64,000 nt of DNA from contig CAJINV010000006.1 in NCBI GenBank assembly GCA_905178155.1, positions 3,968,130 to 4,032,129 of the forward strand. The letters are read 5' to 3'. A program made the translations under genes and the position numbers. This document shows, piece by piece, positions 1 to 11,341 of the stretch. Origin of the DNA: Amoebophrya sp. A120 (Eukaryota > Protista > Dinoflagellata). The notes below the pieces were generated by a model. The model was not told the DNA's origin and ran no database searches. It was given only the letters and a program-made list of their open reading frames with translations. Numbering within the stretch: the first letter of the stretch is position 1; the number at the start of each line of letters is the position of its first letter.

Positions 1-497
1 ACATACCACAACCACTAACAGATTGTGATTGCGTCTTGTTAGCATGACATAGTAAAATTTTTTGAACGTGCTAGTACTGTATCACGCCAGTTCATCGGCT
101 CAGAGTCTTTCGTTCGAACACACAGCTGGAAGTTATGTTTAAGTACTCACCAGCCCAAAAAATGACGTGCGTGGTGCAGCGTGCAGCACCTGCAGCAGGA
201 AGACTTGGATATACAGGGTCATCAGGTCGAGAAGCGTGTGAAGCTCAAGCTTTTTTTGTTGTAGGGGTAATTACAAGTTGTCCTTTTTGTTTCATATCAG
301 GAGCGTGCGGCGCAAACCGGCGTGCTGACGGTTTCAGGGCGTTGAAAGGTGCGGGTTCTCCACGACCTTTCCGCCAGGGTTGTGCTGCTGTTGACACAGG
401 ACGCAGATGTTGTACCAGATGTGATTGTGAATGCGGTGCCAATAGAAGAAGTAAGTATTTACACGACATGTCATCATCATACGGAAGCTGTCGCGTC

Positions 498-2606
498 CTA
501 CTTCTTTGACGTCGTTATCCTGAGTAAAAACGTCCCCACCCCATAGTCAAGACGGAGATCTCGCAGCACAAATCGATAAGTTTTGGGAGGCAAGCATGAC
601 AAGTTCCTCTCTGTAGTGTAGTGCAGTTTTTCAAGCACAGCCGCAACACAAATCCATCTAGTCATCCTGTTACTGTTCACATCAGGATTACACAAAGTCC
701 AAAACACGACTGGAAACGCCTCTCGTGGGGATGCGCATTACAAATCTTCCTGTAACTGCAAATCTGCATGACAACTCTGGGGTGGGGACGTTTTTACTCA
801 GCATAGTCGTTCCCGCTTGTTTTTGCTCCTCCTGGTCTGTTTTCACCCCGTACATTTTCTTCAACAATTTATGAACTGCAAAAGCATCGTACTCGTAGTA
901 ATTGCTGTTATGCATGACAAATCTCTCTCCGAAGGTAAAACAGCATTACAGATTTGATTTGTAATGCTGAGCTGATTTGTAATGCGATTTATACTAGTAC
1001 GCTACTTTTGCACAGGATACAATTCGTTTTCCTCCAATTTTGCCTGGATATCCGCCTTTTTCTGGCGTATGGGGCTCTCAAATCGGTTACCTTCTCAGCT
1101 GTTCCATGAATTTGTCATGCAAAACTCTCATCAGTATCACTATCATCAAGCTGCTTCGCATGACAAATTTCCGAAGGGCTAAATGAGAGCATCTAAACTT
1201 GTGCCGAACCTGTAATGCAAAGGCGCGTAAGCTTTTCCCTTTCACTTTTGCGGTTCTTGCATTACAAATTTCATGTAACAGTTGAGAATGTAACTGACTT
1301 GAGAACGCCATATGACGGTTTCGCTGGTTGTAGTAGAGCAGGACGAGATACCTGGAGATCACATCAAGAAGAGTGTCGTTGACAATGATTTAGTTCAATT
1401 TTTCATTTTCATCAAAAAAAAGCCTCTTAGGACCACCAGGGTATTCATCTTGTTTATTTTTTGCATGACAAACTATAACTACACAGCACGCAAATAGATG
1501 AAGATTTTAGCAGGATCATTTATATGGCTGTGTTTTATATCAACTGCAAAAATGTCTGGGTCTGGAAACTTGTGATGCAACTGCAAGTCCGTGAACAATA
1601 AGTGCTCTGTGATGCGCCGCAAGCATGACAAGTTTTTTCGTGCTTCTGTGATGCGTATTTCGCATGAGAAACTGTGCTTTTGCATGACAGCCAAGAGGAC
1701 CTCTTGGTGGCCGCGCAATACAGAGTGCAGAGTCATGCCAGACTAGCATGACAATCTTCCAGACCCAGACATTTTTGCATTTGAATTTGATACTTTATAC
1801 CTTCCGTCCACATTAAACCCGGACAAACTGTCCAAAGCCAGCTTCGCATCGTAAATATCGTCGTAGACCACGAAATATGAACTGCAAAAGTATCGTACTC
1901 GTATTGCAATCTATGCATCACAAATCTTTTTCTTACGGTACATCAGCATTACAAATTTTCTTTCTCATGCTGAGGAAATTATTTGTATAGGCATTTCTAC
2001 AAGTATCGAATACTTTTGCAATGCATACGAAAGCGGTTCCCTTGGTTTCCTGCGTGTTTCCTTTGCGGATCTGTCTTATGGACCCGAATTTCCCGAAGAT
2101 GTCGTACAGCTCATCAGTGTATCAAGTAAAAAAATTTTTTCTGGATGCCTGGATGAAACTTGTAATGCTAAAAGTGAATGATAGACGCACTGCGACTGCC
2201 ATTACACGCAGCCAAGCATGACAAATTTCTGAGCTGCTGCCCATCGTGTTCATCTTGTTGCGTATTTTTCCACAAGTTGACATGGCAACCTGCGACTTTG
2301 CATGATAGGTTGTCAGAGGACTCTTTAATAATATTCTAATGCCCATATATGCATCTTCACAGTAGATGCTCGAGTATATGTCATGTCAGAAATGCATCAT
2401 GACAAGTGTACTAGCAATCTCCCAGACCACCCAGACATATTATTTGCGGTCGATACCGAAGTGATTTTGTAGGGAAGATTCCGGACGTAGATTATCCTGT
2501 TCACCTCCGGGGGCAGCCGGACTGATCTCCTTCCCGCGGCTGTGGACAACACGGACGGGTTGCTGGCGATGGGATGCGGAGTCTCGGCGGTCGGCGGGGG
2601 AATCAT
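498..2606 (-). CDS. SF3B6: Splicing factor 3B subunit 6 (p14, U2 snRNP branch-site RRM protein), 7 exons
   Basis: Spliced exons give [82 protein letters not shown]...LLKKMYGV, matching the known p14 sequence. Five introner introns plus one GT-AG intron (~1352-1800). Confidence 0.95.
516..805. mobile_element. Introner family A
   Basis: TIR TATCCTGAGTAAAAACGTCCCCACCCCA; TSD GTCGT. Confidence 0.95.
870..1019. mobile_element. Introner family B
   Basis: TATGAACTGCAAAAG...CTTTTGCACAGGATA; TSD CAATT. Confidence 0.95.
1068..1312. mobile_element. Introner family C
   Basis: TATGG..CTCAA...TTGAGAACGCCATA; TSD TGGCG/TGACG. Confidence 0.9.
1538..1792. mobile_element. Introner family D nested in a GT-AG intron
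   Basis: TGCAAAAATGTCTGGGTCTGGAA...TTCCAGACCCAGACATTTTTGCA; TSD TTTTA/CTTTA. Confidence 0.9.
1876..2027. mobile_element. Introner family B
   Basis: Family TIR; TSD CGAAA. Confidence 0.93.
2120..2455. mobile_element. Decayed introner, D-like
   Basis: TAT..ATA ends and degenerate CCAGAC TIR; TSD diverged; removal restores the SF3B6 frame. Confidence 0.8.
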
Positions 2607-3750
2607 TTTTGCAGTTTTTTTTGGGGGGGCGCCTTCGAATTCCGTTGCACAGCTTTATAGATTTCTTCGAACTTCCTTTTTAGTTTTGCTTTTGGGTGTA
2701 CATCAGCAGGGAATATAATCAAAACTAGAGGACAAAACACAAAAAAGTCCCTTGGAAATACTCGCTACATGAAGGTGACACAAGATGAAATTATCTCTAT
2801 GGATGAAAAGGACTTAGAAACACACTCGCCTGTTGAACCAAATGGAAATATAGTTGAAATTTGATTTGGAAGGAATGAAACACATAAACAAGACGTGAAA
2901 ATCGGAGAAAAACAAAAATGAAAATTTGCATCTGTAATTTAGTTTTTCAGAGTTATATTTCTCTTTTCCATTTTCAATAGTGGAATTTTAGAACCTTTGC
3001 GTTGGCGCTCGCTTGCACGACGAGCAGAACTTGAACTCCTCGAAGAACAGTGAAAATTGAAATTCACATTTTACCTCAGAATTCTAAAGCCAGATCGTCT
3101 GGATCTGGTGGGGATCTCTGCTTTTAGGTCGTCGACGGGATGCAGATGCAGTGTCTGAGTCAGTCAAGTAAGTACTTACTTAGGTACTCATACATCACCG
3201 GAAAGTAGTAGACAAGATCAATGATGCTCCCGCTTGTTGCATTAGATACTTTCAACATCGGAAAGAACTACAGCTGATGTTGAGATTCAGATTGAGATTT
3301 CGTTTGATCAAATAAACGACTGGCCTCCAGCAAGTCGCTAAAGAGAAGCTCGTCGTCGTCGCGCTCCCTACGTCTACATGCCAGGCGCAGGCCGCCCGAC
3401 CACAGGGGAGACAGAAAGAAGTACTTACGTGGCTGTCGCGAACAAGAAGAGGACCCGCTTATGCTTTCGATTTCTTTTTCTTGCTCGAAAGTCTATTCAT
3501 AATTTCAAAACATCAATCCTAGGGCACGACCTACCCTAGGTACAACCTGTGCTGAAAATTCATTTCCGACCCGCCATCTGATCTTCTTCGGAAAAAAAAT
3601 GGAAAATGATATTGAAACGTCGATGAAAGCGAATTCTCCAAATTTTGGTACAACAACTTTTGCTGCGGTGATGTTTTACTTTACTTTCAGCAAGACGACG
3701 TGATGGAAAAGAAAAAAGCCACCGGAGCTGCATGAAGATCGACCCCAGCA

Positions 3751-4044
3751 TATTCTGAGTAAAAACGTTCGTTCCCACCCCAGAATTGTCACGCAAATCT
3801 GCATGCCAAAGAAGTGTCTCATGCGGAGACCCATGAGAGGTATTCCCAAGCTGTGTTTTGGAATTTGTGATGCTAGAATCAGCGCGATGTGCTAGATCTG
3901 TGATGCGGCTGAGCTAGCTAGTAGACAGGATTACACTACAAGGACAAACCTGTCATGCGAAACAGCCAAAGCTGGCTGATGTGTCTAGCAGATTTCCCAT
4001 CTTGTTCACTATATGGGGTGGGAAGGTTTTTGCTCAGAAAGATA
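3751..4044. mobile_element. Introner family A (3' UTR)
   Basis: Family TIR; TSD CAGCA. Confidence 0.9.
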
Positions 4045-4049
4045 CAGCA

Positions 4050-7000
4050 CTAGTTATAGGCAAATCCCGGGGGCCGCGCTGCTGTTCTTGCCTGTGGCGG
4101 ATCATTATTCGCGAGCATCGGTGCCGCTGCGGGAGGAGGCGCTGCTCCTGCATTACAATGAAAAATGCCCCCACCCCCGAACTTGGGAGCATTTGTGTTG
4201 CAAACCTTTCAAAGTGAAACGCTCGCCCTCTTGCATCTATCAGCATCACAGATTTCCAATCACGAGTAGCAAAAATTTGTATTGCAAAAGATCCCAGCAA
4301 GGGCGGCGCTTGTTGTGCCAGCGATGCGATATACGCCTAGAGTCTGCATCAGAAAGACTCATACTCCTTTCATGCATGACAAAAAGTTTTCATTTGGAAA
4401 CCTCGCATCACAAATTCTTGCAGCTTTGGGGGTGGAGGCATTTTTCACTGTAATATCCTGCGCCGGAAGTTCTCTCCCCCCGCCCGTCCGGTGCTCCTAA
4501 ATTCTGCTGCCCCGATATCCTGTGCAAAAGTATCGTATTCGTATAAATGCATTACAAATTTTCTCAGCATCAGAAAGAAAATTTGTAATGCGGATTTACC
4601 TCAAGAAAAAGATTTGTAATGCAAGACTGGCATTTATACGAGTATGTACGATACTTTTGCACAGGATACCCGAAGGCTGTTGACCATGAAGATGACCTCC
4701 TGCTGCGCTGGTGTTTCTGTTTGGCATGTAGTTTTTGGCACTACCGCTAGTACCACCTGGCACGTAATTCCGCAGATATCTCCACTTGTAGAACAGCAGC
4801 GCGCCCATGACCAGGAAGTAGATCGAAATGGCGACCAAACTGATGAATGCGTTGACGAACACCGTGTAGGAAAGCAAGGGGACGCAGTATATTCAGAGGA
4901 AAAATGCCCCCTCCCCATATCAAAATGAAAATCTGTGATGCCGGATTTGTGTACACAAATCGGATTTGTCTTGCGGTGGAGGAGGAGGACTGCAGACAGA
5001 TACAAAGCCCGGAACGGGGTGGCTTAGCAGGGTAGGCACTTAGCATGACAGACATCCGCTCTAGTAGCGTAGCAGCATTACAAATCGCCTGCGAAATGCA
5101 GCGGAAGCCCTGGCGTTGCTCCACTGCAGGACAGACTTGATTTGTGGCCGCAAATCAGCATCACAAATTTTGAGGGAGGGGGGATTTTTCCTCACAATAC
5201 AGTACGCAAAGTGGCCCGGGGTGAACGCCAGCCAGCCGCCCCAGATGTGTATGAATGTGTGAGGATCGAAAACGACAAAATCGAAAAACTTGTCATACGT
5301 AAAATGTAGGGCACTGAAGGCCTGTATTGGGAAGCAGGCAAATGAGACCGATTGTAAGCCTGTAGTTGAGGGGTGCGCAATGTGCTGCCAGAGTAGCATG
5401 ACAGGAGCAGTCTTCTTTGCCCACACAGCATGACAGACCGGACTGGGGTGCAGCTCCCGAAATTTGTCATGCGCCACTTGGAAACTGAGGCTCCAACTGG
5501 TGTCGATATTTTGCATCACAAATCTTTCGATTTTGTCAATTTCGATTCTGACACTTCCATAATGTGCACCCCCAGTGTGAGAAAACTCGTCGCCACCGCC
5601 ACGGAGCGAAGCTCGACTGTAGGCTTGTAACGAAAGTAATATGAACTGCAAAAGCATCGTACTCGTATATATGCATTACAAATTTTCTCAGCATGAGAAA
5701 TGAAATTTGTAATGCGGATTTACCTTAGCAAAAGGATTTGTAATGCATGATTGCAATACGAGTACGATACTTTTGCACAAGATAAGTAACACTGGATCGC
5801 AACGTCAAAAGCGGAGACGGCAGTGCCGGTGAGTTGTGAATTCCAAAAATAATGCTTGGGTCTACTGGAAGGCTGCAGACTTGTGATGCAAAATCCAGAT
5901 CACACAAAAATCTGTGTTGCGCAATTTCCAAAAGCTGTTCATCTTCATTTCATCTCATGCGGGCGACAAGGGATCAAGAGGCAACAAGCGCCAAAGAAGA
6001 ATCTGTAATGCTTTATTTCTGTGTACTATTTTTTGTGTGAAGCAAAACCTGCATTATATATACAACAATCTTCTGCACCTGTCGCTCTCCAGACCCAGAC
6101 ATATTTTTTGCAATGGATATGAAAAGGTAGGCCAACATTTCCGAGCAGATGGAGTACCTGAAGACGAGTTGTACTTGTATCCATAAATTTGGACCATTCG
6201 TCACGCGTCCGAAACAAATTCATATTCAAATGCATTTTTGTACTTACACCCCAATTATCGATCCTGCCGCATCTTGTTCGAACAAGTGGATCAAGAATGG
6301 TACTTCTGGTGCACTTACTTACTTACTCGTGCGAGTGGTATTTCAGCCAGCCACGCACCGGCGCGTTCCACGTGAGCATTCCCACCATTAATGCGCTCGC
6401 CCAAAGGAGTATCGAAGAAAAAAACTTTGTGAAGATGCGCACCATGCAAAGGGAACAATGCGTCTGTCACGCTGGTCATGCATTCTGAGCGCCATCCAGG
6501 CGCGTTTATTCCACGTACGTCAACTGCGCACGACAGGATTTTGCTGTCATCAATGCCAGACAGATACTTCTATTTGTAATGCTGTTCCTCCAATAAAAAA
6601 GTAGTTACACCTACATTCTTTTTTTCTCAAATAACAAGCCCCGGCGGCACCAGAAACGGCGCATGAACTGCAAAAGTATCCTATCGTAATCGTATAAATG
6701 CATTACAAATTTCTTCAGCATGAGAAATAAAATTTGTAATGCGGATTTACCTTAAGGAAAAGATTTGCAATGCATGACTGCAATTACTACGAGTGCGATA
6801 CTTTTGCACAGGATACGGCGCTAGCACCGACATTTTTTCGTACTTGGTGCCGTTGGTGAGGTTACCAAAGATCGACAGCTTTTGCTTCTCGTGCTGCGGC
6901 TGCTCGGCGTCGCTGCCGCTCTGTCCTATCCTGAGCAAAAACGTCCCCACCCCATAGTCAAGTTGAGAATCTAGCAACACAAATCTCCAAATTTTGAGAG

Positions 7001-9376
7001 CTGTGCATCACAAGTTTCCCTCTGCAGTGTAGTTCTGATTGGCAAGAGAAGCCGCATGAGAAAGCCACTTTCACATCCTGTTTACAGCATCACAAATTCC
7101 AAAACTACACGATTGGCATTGGAAATTCCCCTCATGGAGCTGCGCATTACAAATGTTCCTGTCATTGCATATTTGCATGACAACTCTGGTGTGGGAACGT
7201 TTTTACTCAGGATATGTCCGGAAGATGCGTTGCCCGTCTGATGACCTGGTTGTTGTTGACCTTTCGTTCCTATGAACTGCAAATATGTCTGGGTCTGGAA
7301 GATTGCCAGGCTTGTCATGCATATTTTGAATGACCCCTGATGTCTGTGAGGTATGCCCTAGCGTCACAGATTTTTAGAGGGCTTTGCGAAGCCTCTACCG
7401 TGTGAGAAATGCCCTCTCCGCGTAGCACAAACTGGAGTCCTCTTGCACTTGCTGGTCATGCAATACAAATTGAAATTTTTTTAGAATCCAGAGACAGCAT
7501 TACAAGTTAAGAATCTTCCAGAGCCAGATATATTTGCATTTGATAGTTCCGTAGATGCCCTTCGTGAAAAACGTGTCTAGCTGGTCCAGAAAGTATAACG
7601 CTGCGACGCAGCATCCCGCAATGAAAAAAAACAGCAGCCCGATGGTCAACGACTCGGCCCTTCTGTCTTCCGCATTCGGGATATGACAGTGCACTACTCC
7701 GCCTCCTCCTCATTTCTCATGCAAAATCCCAAATCCAGTCACTGCCTTGTAGCTGTAGCACTGCTGGCTGCATGACAAATTCCGGAAGCCCAAACAGTAC
7801 TACAATAGGTACACAAATTTGTCATGCGTAGCCTCCACGTGTGCTGGCTTTTGTAGTGGTGTTCATGCTATACAAATGAGGGGGAGGGGGAGTTGTGCAC
7901 TCTCATTCGGGAACGCCGGGTGTCGCGGGTTCTCTTTCTTGAATCGCTGGTAGTGCGGGGAACTGGAAGCGTATCGTGAGAAAAAAGTGCTACAGTTACA
8001 CACTCTGACGCAGGACGAGCAAGACAGACAACCTCTGTCATGCAGGAAATGCTTTTGCTTGCCAGCGTCATTCTCATTTATTGGTGTTTTCCCTTGGCAT
8101 TACAAGTTTTCTCTGCCATGCAGAGCACATTTGTCATGCTGAAATTCCATCAAATGTGTAACTGTAACACTTTTTTCCTGTGATAAAGCGGCGGTGGATT
8201 CTGTTGTCCCGCTTGCAGTTCCGGTTCTTGCGGACGGCGAAGCAGCACGATCTGTTGTAGCTCCTGCGGCACCTGCTGGCGTGGTCGGGGTACCCGGCTG
8301 CACGACAGGGTTATGGCGTTCTCAAATGTTACATTCTCAGCTGTTACATGATTTGTCATGCAAAATGACCATGAGCCACCAGACGATCGCGCTGCTTCGC
8401 ATGACAAGTTCTCGAATGGCTAAACAGCGTTTAAATCTGTACCAAATCTGTCATGCAAGACGCGCAAGCTCCCTCCTTTCATTTTTGCCATTCTTGCATG
8501 GCAAAGTCATGTAACAGTTGAGAATGTAACAGTTGAGAACGCCATAAGGGTCTTGGCGACCATGTAGTTGCGTGGAAGCCGCATCATCTTCCCGTGACTT
8601 TCTGATTCTGCTTGATATTCTGCCTTGTTTCTCATTATTTTCCGCCAGGAGAACTACTAGATCTCCCGCTCTAGTTATCCCAAGAAAAAAGTGTTACAGT
8701 TACACATTTGTTGTCAATTCAGCAACACAAATTTCTCTGCATGAGAGAGAAAACTTGCATTGCTGAAATCCTACGGGAAAACACGTATGAAACAAGGTTT
8801 GAAAGCATTTCGTGCATGACAGAGGCTGTCTGCCATGCGTGTTTTGCAACACAATGTGTAACTGTAACACTTTTTTCTTGCGATACTAGTAGTACTCCCC
8901 GTTTTGTAGTTCTTGTGAGGGTCGTCGTCGCCGGCAGTACCAGTACCACCAGCGCCGGCGGTTTGCTTCAGAAAGGACCGGAACGCCGACTGGTTCTTTT
9001 TGGCGCTCGAGATCCACGAAGGATTCGGTTTGCGTTTGGGGGAAGCGCCAGAGAGTTTCTTATCCTCAGCCCCATGGTGACGTGTCTCTAGTGGTTGTAC
9101 CTGCTCCTTCGTATTAAGGACGTCGAGAGCATATTGCTTTTTGTCCAGCTGTAGAAACTGCTCGCCATTGAGAAACCCGAACGTGCTGAGAGCGGCGACA
9201 GATATCGCGGTCTGCGGCACGAGGTTGGCTACTAGCGCGGACAACACGAAAGAACAGCGCACGATTCTTCTTGTTCGAGTATGAGGACGAGCTCCGCTTC
9301 CGGCTGCGGTTCTTGGTACAACTACACTCGAAAATGAAACCCCCGACCAGCGGCCGTGGCCGCGTCCCGGCGCCAT
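4050..9376 (-). CDS. Multi-exon hypothetical multi-pass membrane protein
   Basis: Exons between introners join into hydrophobic segments (LTIGLLFFFIAGCCVAALYFL; YTVFVNAFISLVAISIYFLVMGALLFY); stop TAG at 4050-4052. Middle exon boundaries uncertain. Confidence 0.6.
4151..4455. mobile_element. Introner family E
   Basis: TIR ATTACAATGAAAAATGCCCCCACCCCC; TSD TCCTG. Confidence 0.93.
4516..4668. mobile_element. Introner family B
   Basis: Family TIR; TSD CCCGA. Confidence 0.95.
4890..5199. mobile_element. Introner family F
   Basis: TIR TATT..GAGGAAAAAT.CCCCCTCCC; TSD CAGTA. Confidence 0.93.
5250..5561. mobile_element. Introner family G
   Basis: TIR TATGGAAGTGTCAG.ATCGAAA; TSD ATGTG. Confidence 0.92.
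5640..5784. mobile_element. Introner family B
   Basis: Family TIR; TSD AGTAA. Confidence 0.95.
5835..6119. mobile_element. Decayed introner family D
   Basis: GGGTCT..TGGAA / CCAGACCCAGACAT; TSD diverged. Confidence 0.75.
6410..6633. mobile_element. Decayed introner, H/J-like
   Basis: TATCGAAGAAAAAAA...TTTTTTTCTCAAATA; TSD diverged. Confidence 0.65.
6662..6815. mobile_element. Introner family B
   Basis: Family TIR; TSD CGGCG. Confidence 0.93.
6927..7214. mobile_element. Introner family A
   Basis: Family TIR; TSD TGTCC. Confidence 0.95.
7271..7545. mobile_element. Introner family D
   Basis: Family TIR; TSD GTTCC. Confidence 0.95.
7682..7907. mobile_element. Introner family I
   Basis: TIR TATGA.AGTGCACAACTCCCCCT; TSD CGGGA. 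Confidence 0.92.
7972..8185. mobile_element. Introner family H
   Basis: TIR TATC...GAAAAAAGTGTTACAGTTACAC; TSD AAGCG. Confidence 0.94.
8312..8546. mobile_element. Introner family C
   Basis: TIR TATGGCGTTCTCAA.TGTTACATTCTCA; TSD AGGGT. Confidence 0.95.
8676..8885. mobile_element. Introner family H
   Basis: Family TIR; TSD CTAGT. Confidence 0.95.
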
Positions 9377-11341
9377 CAGATTTTTCAATCAAGTTCTACA
9401 TTTTATTGCTGTCCACGTGGAGACCGCGATGGAGCAGGTGTTTGAGGTAGTTTTTTTTATGTTTGATATACGAAGGAGCAAGAAGTTCATTCTTGCGCAT
9501 CATGACTCAAAGACTTGGTCCACCTGACCGACCGAACACGATGAAAATAAATTCACTTCTTTTACACAGCAGGTAGTTGTAAAATGAAGTCCAACACGAC
9601 GACGGAGTAGAGTGGACAGTGTGAAGTTGAACGCCGGGGAAATAAGAATAACAGAACATCAGCTGCGAGGAAGGATTTTTGCACGAAAAGCAGAAACACC
9701 ATAAGAAATCCGCTTCGGTGTCTGTGTCTCACAGTCGAGACAAAAAGTTCTTCCTCTTTTCTGACGATTTCCACTCAACCCAAAAAGTTGTTCAAGACGC
9801 GGTTTCCGATTCAAATTTTTTGTCCAAAAGACCAAAACTGTTTAGAAGATGATGCAACGGATTACAACTACTTCTTCTGTTCCCATAAATAGAAAATGAA
9901 GATCATAAAACTACAAACAAGCTACACAAAAACAAAAAGTCAACGCCAACAACAGACAAAAACAAAATGTGTACAGCAGGGCAGGCATAAATAAAACGGC
10001 AGCTGTGTGGTGATTCGAATTATAGTCCTCCAACTTCTAAGCCAACAATTCATTTCGCCGAAAACAAGCATGAACGAAATTCTCTTCATTTTCATCTGCA
10101 GCGGCAGAACTCCAACCTACAAACACAACAACAAGGGAAGAAGATTTATTTTTCCGCAACCATGAGAGCGGTTGTACTTGGAGAAAACAAATTATCTGGA
10201 CGTCGGCAAAAGTTCCTAGCAGCACAGGAGGTGTAGTTTGCGCTACTTCTGCTGTGTCGCTTATATTTCCATTGTTCTCGTCGGACTATTCTTGTTCTAC
10301 TGCTCTTTTTTTACCTTCGAAGATTACAACAAGTACGCGAATCCTCGTCCGTTCCAGACCGCAGAAGCGGGATGAGAATAATCCTGTATTTGCGAATAAT
10401 TCCAGGCTTGCACATGCTCAAGAACTGATCCTCTCGGATAATTTCTATGTATACCTGGTTTAAACACAAATGAACCACGACGCCATAAAAATCCGTGCAG
10501 ATGATGAAGCAGATCCTCGTGTTGTGCAGTCCTCGCGTTCTATTCTCCACTACATCTACTTCGTGCTGCTTTAGCATCTCTGTTTGCGTTTGGTTTCGTC
10601 CAGGTCGTTTATCATAATTGCGCTTTATCTTCTACTTACCATGATCAAGCAGCAGGCTGCTCCACGACCATCCTACTAGTACTACTGCTGCTGCTGCAAC
10701 GAGTGGTCCGTTGTACATCGTCTCGTTCTAGCCGGTTTATTCATGGTCGATTGTGTCGCTGCCTTGTCGTGGTCGTTTGTAGTTCGACAGGGAAGTAGAG
10801 AAGGTCGTGGAGTACTTGTTCTAGTACAGCAGGGCTGCGCGGCCGCGGTTGTTGTAAGTAGTTGATGCCGTTGCGCCGGGTCTTTCACATTTGCTTTTAC
10901 ACTTTCCAATCTGCAGCTCGTGGCCTTCACGTGGTACTCGTCATAACAGGTTTTTATCGCGGCCAGGGGATACCGGAGTTAGTCTTACTGGTAATACTGG
11001 TAGTAATTCATCTTGTTCGCGAAAATAGTACAGGGAGGTGGTAGACAAAGGAAAAACGTTGAGTTGTTCTGAGTAAAAACTACTACCGGGGGCGAGAGGA
11101 CGAAGATGAAGCCCAGGGGCGACAGCGGCTTCTTGTTGTTGTTTCGGATTAAAAATTGTTTTTACTACACGAAGGACGATGGATCGAGCAGGACGAGGAG
11201 GTGCGGAAGATTTATTAGGGCAGCTTTTTGTCGTGTGGTTTTTCTGCAGATGGTGCGTCAAGAACAGTACATCAATCATTTTGTGCGGATACTTATATTC
11301 TTCATGGGGAGAAGTTTGTGATGCGGAATCTGGATTCGATT

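Noticed and set aside
10682-11340. Minus-strand ORFs downstream of the zinc-finger gene
   Set aside because: The spliced frame stops at 11342; remaining ORFs are low-complexity with no recognisable features.
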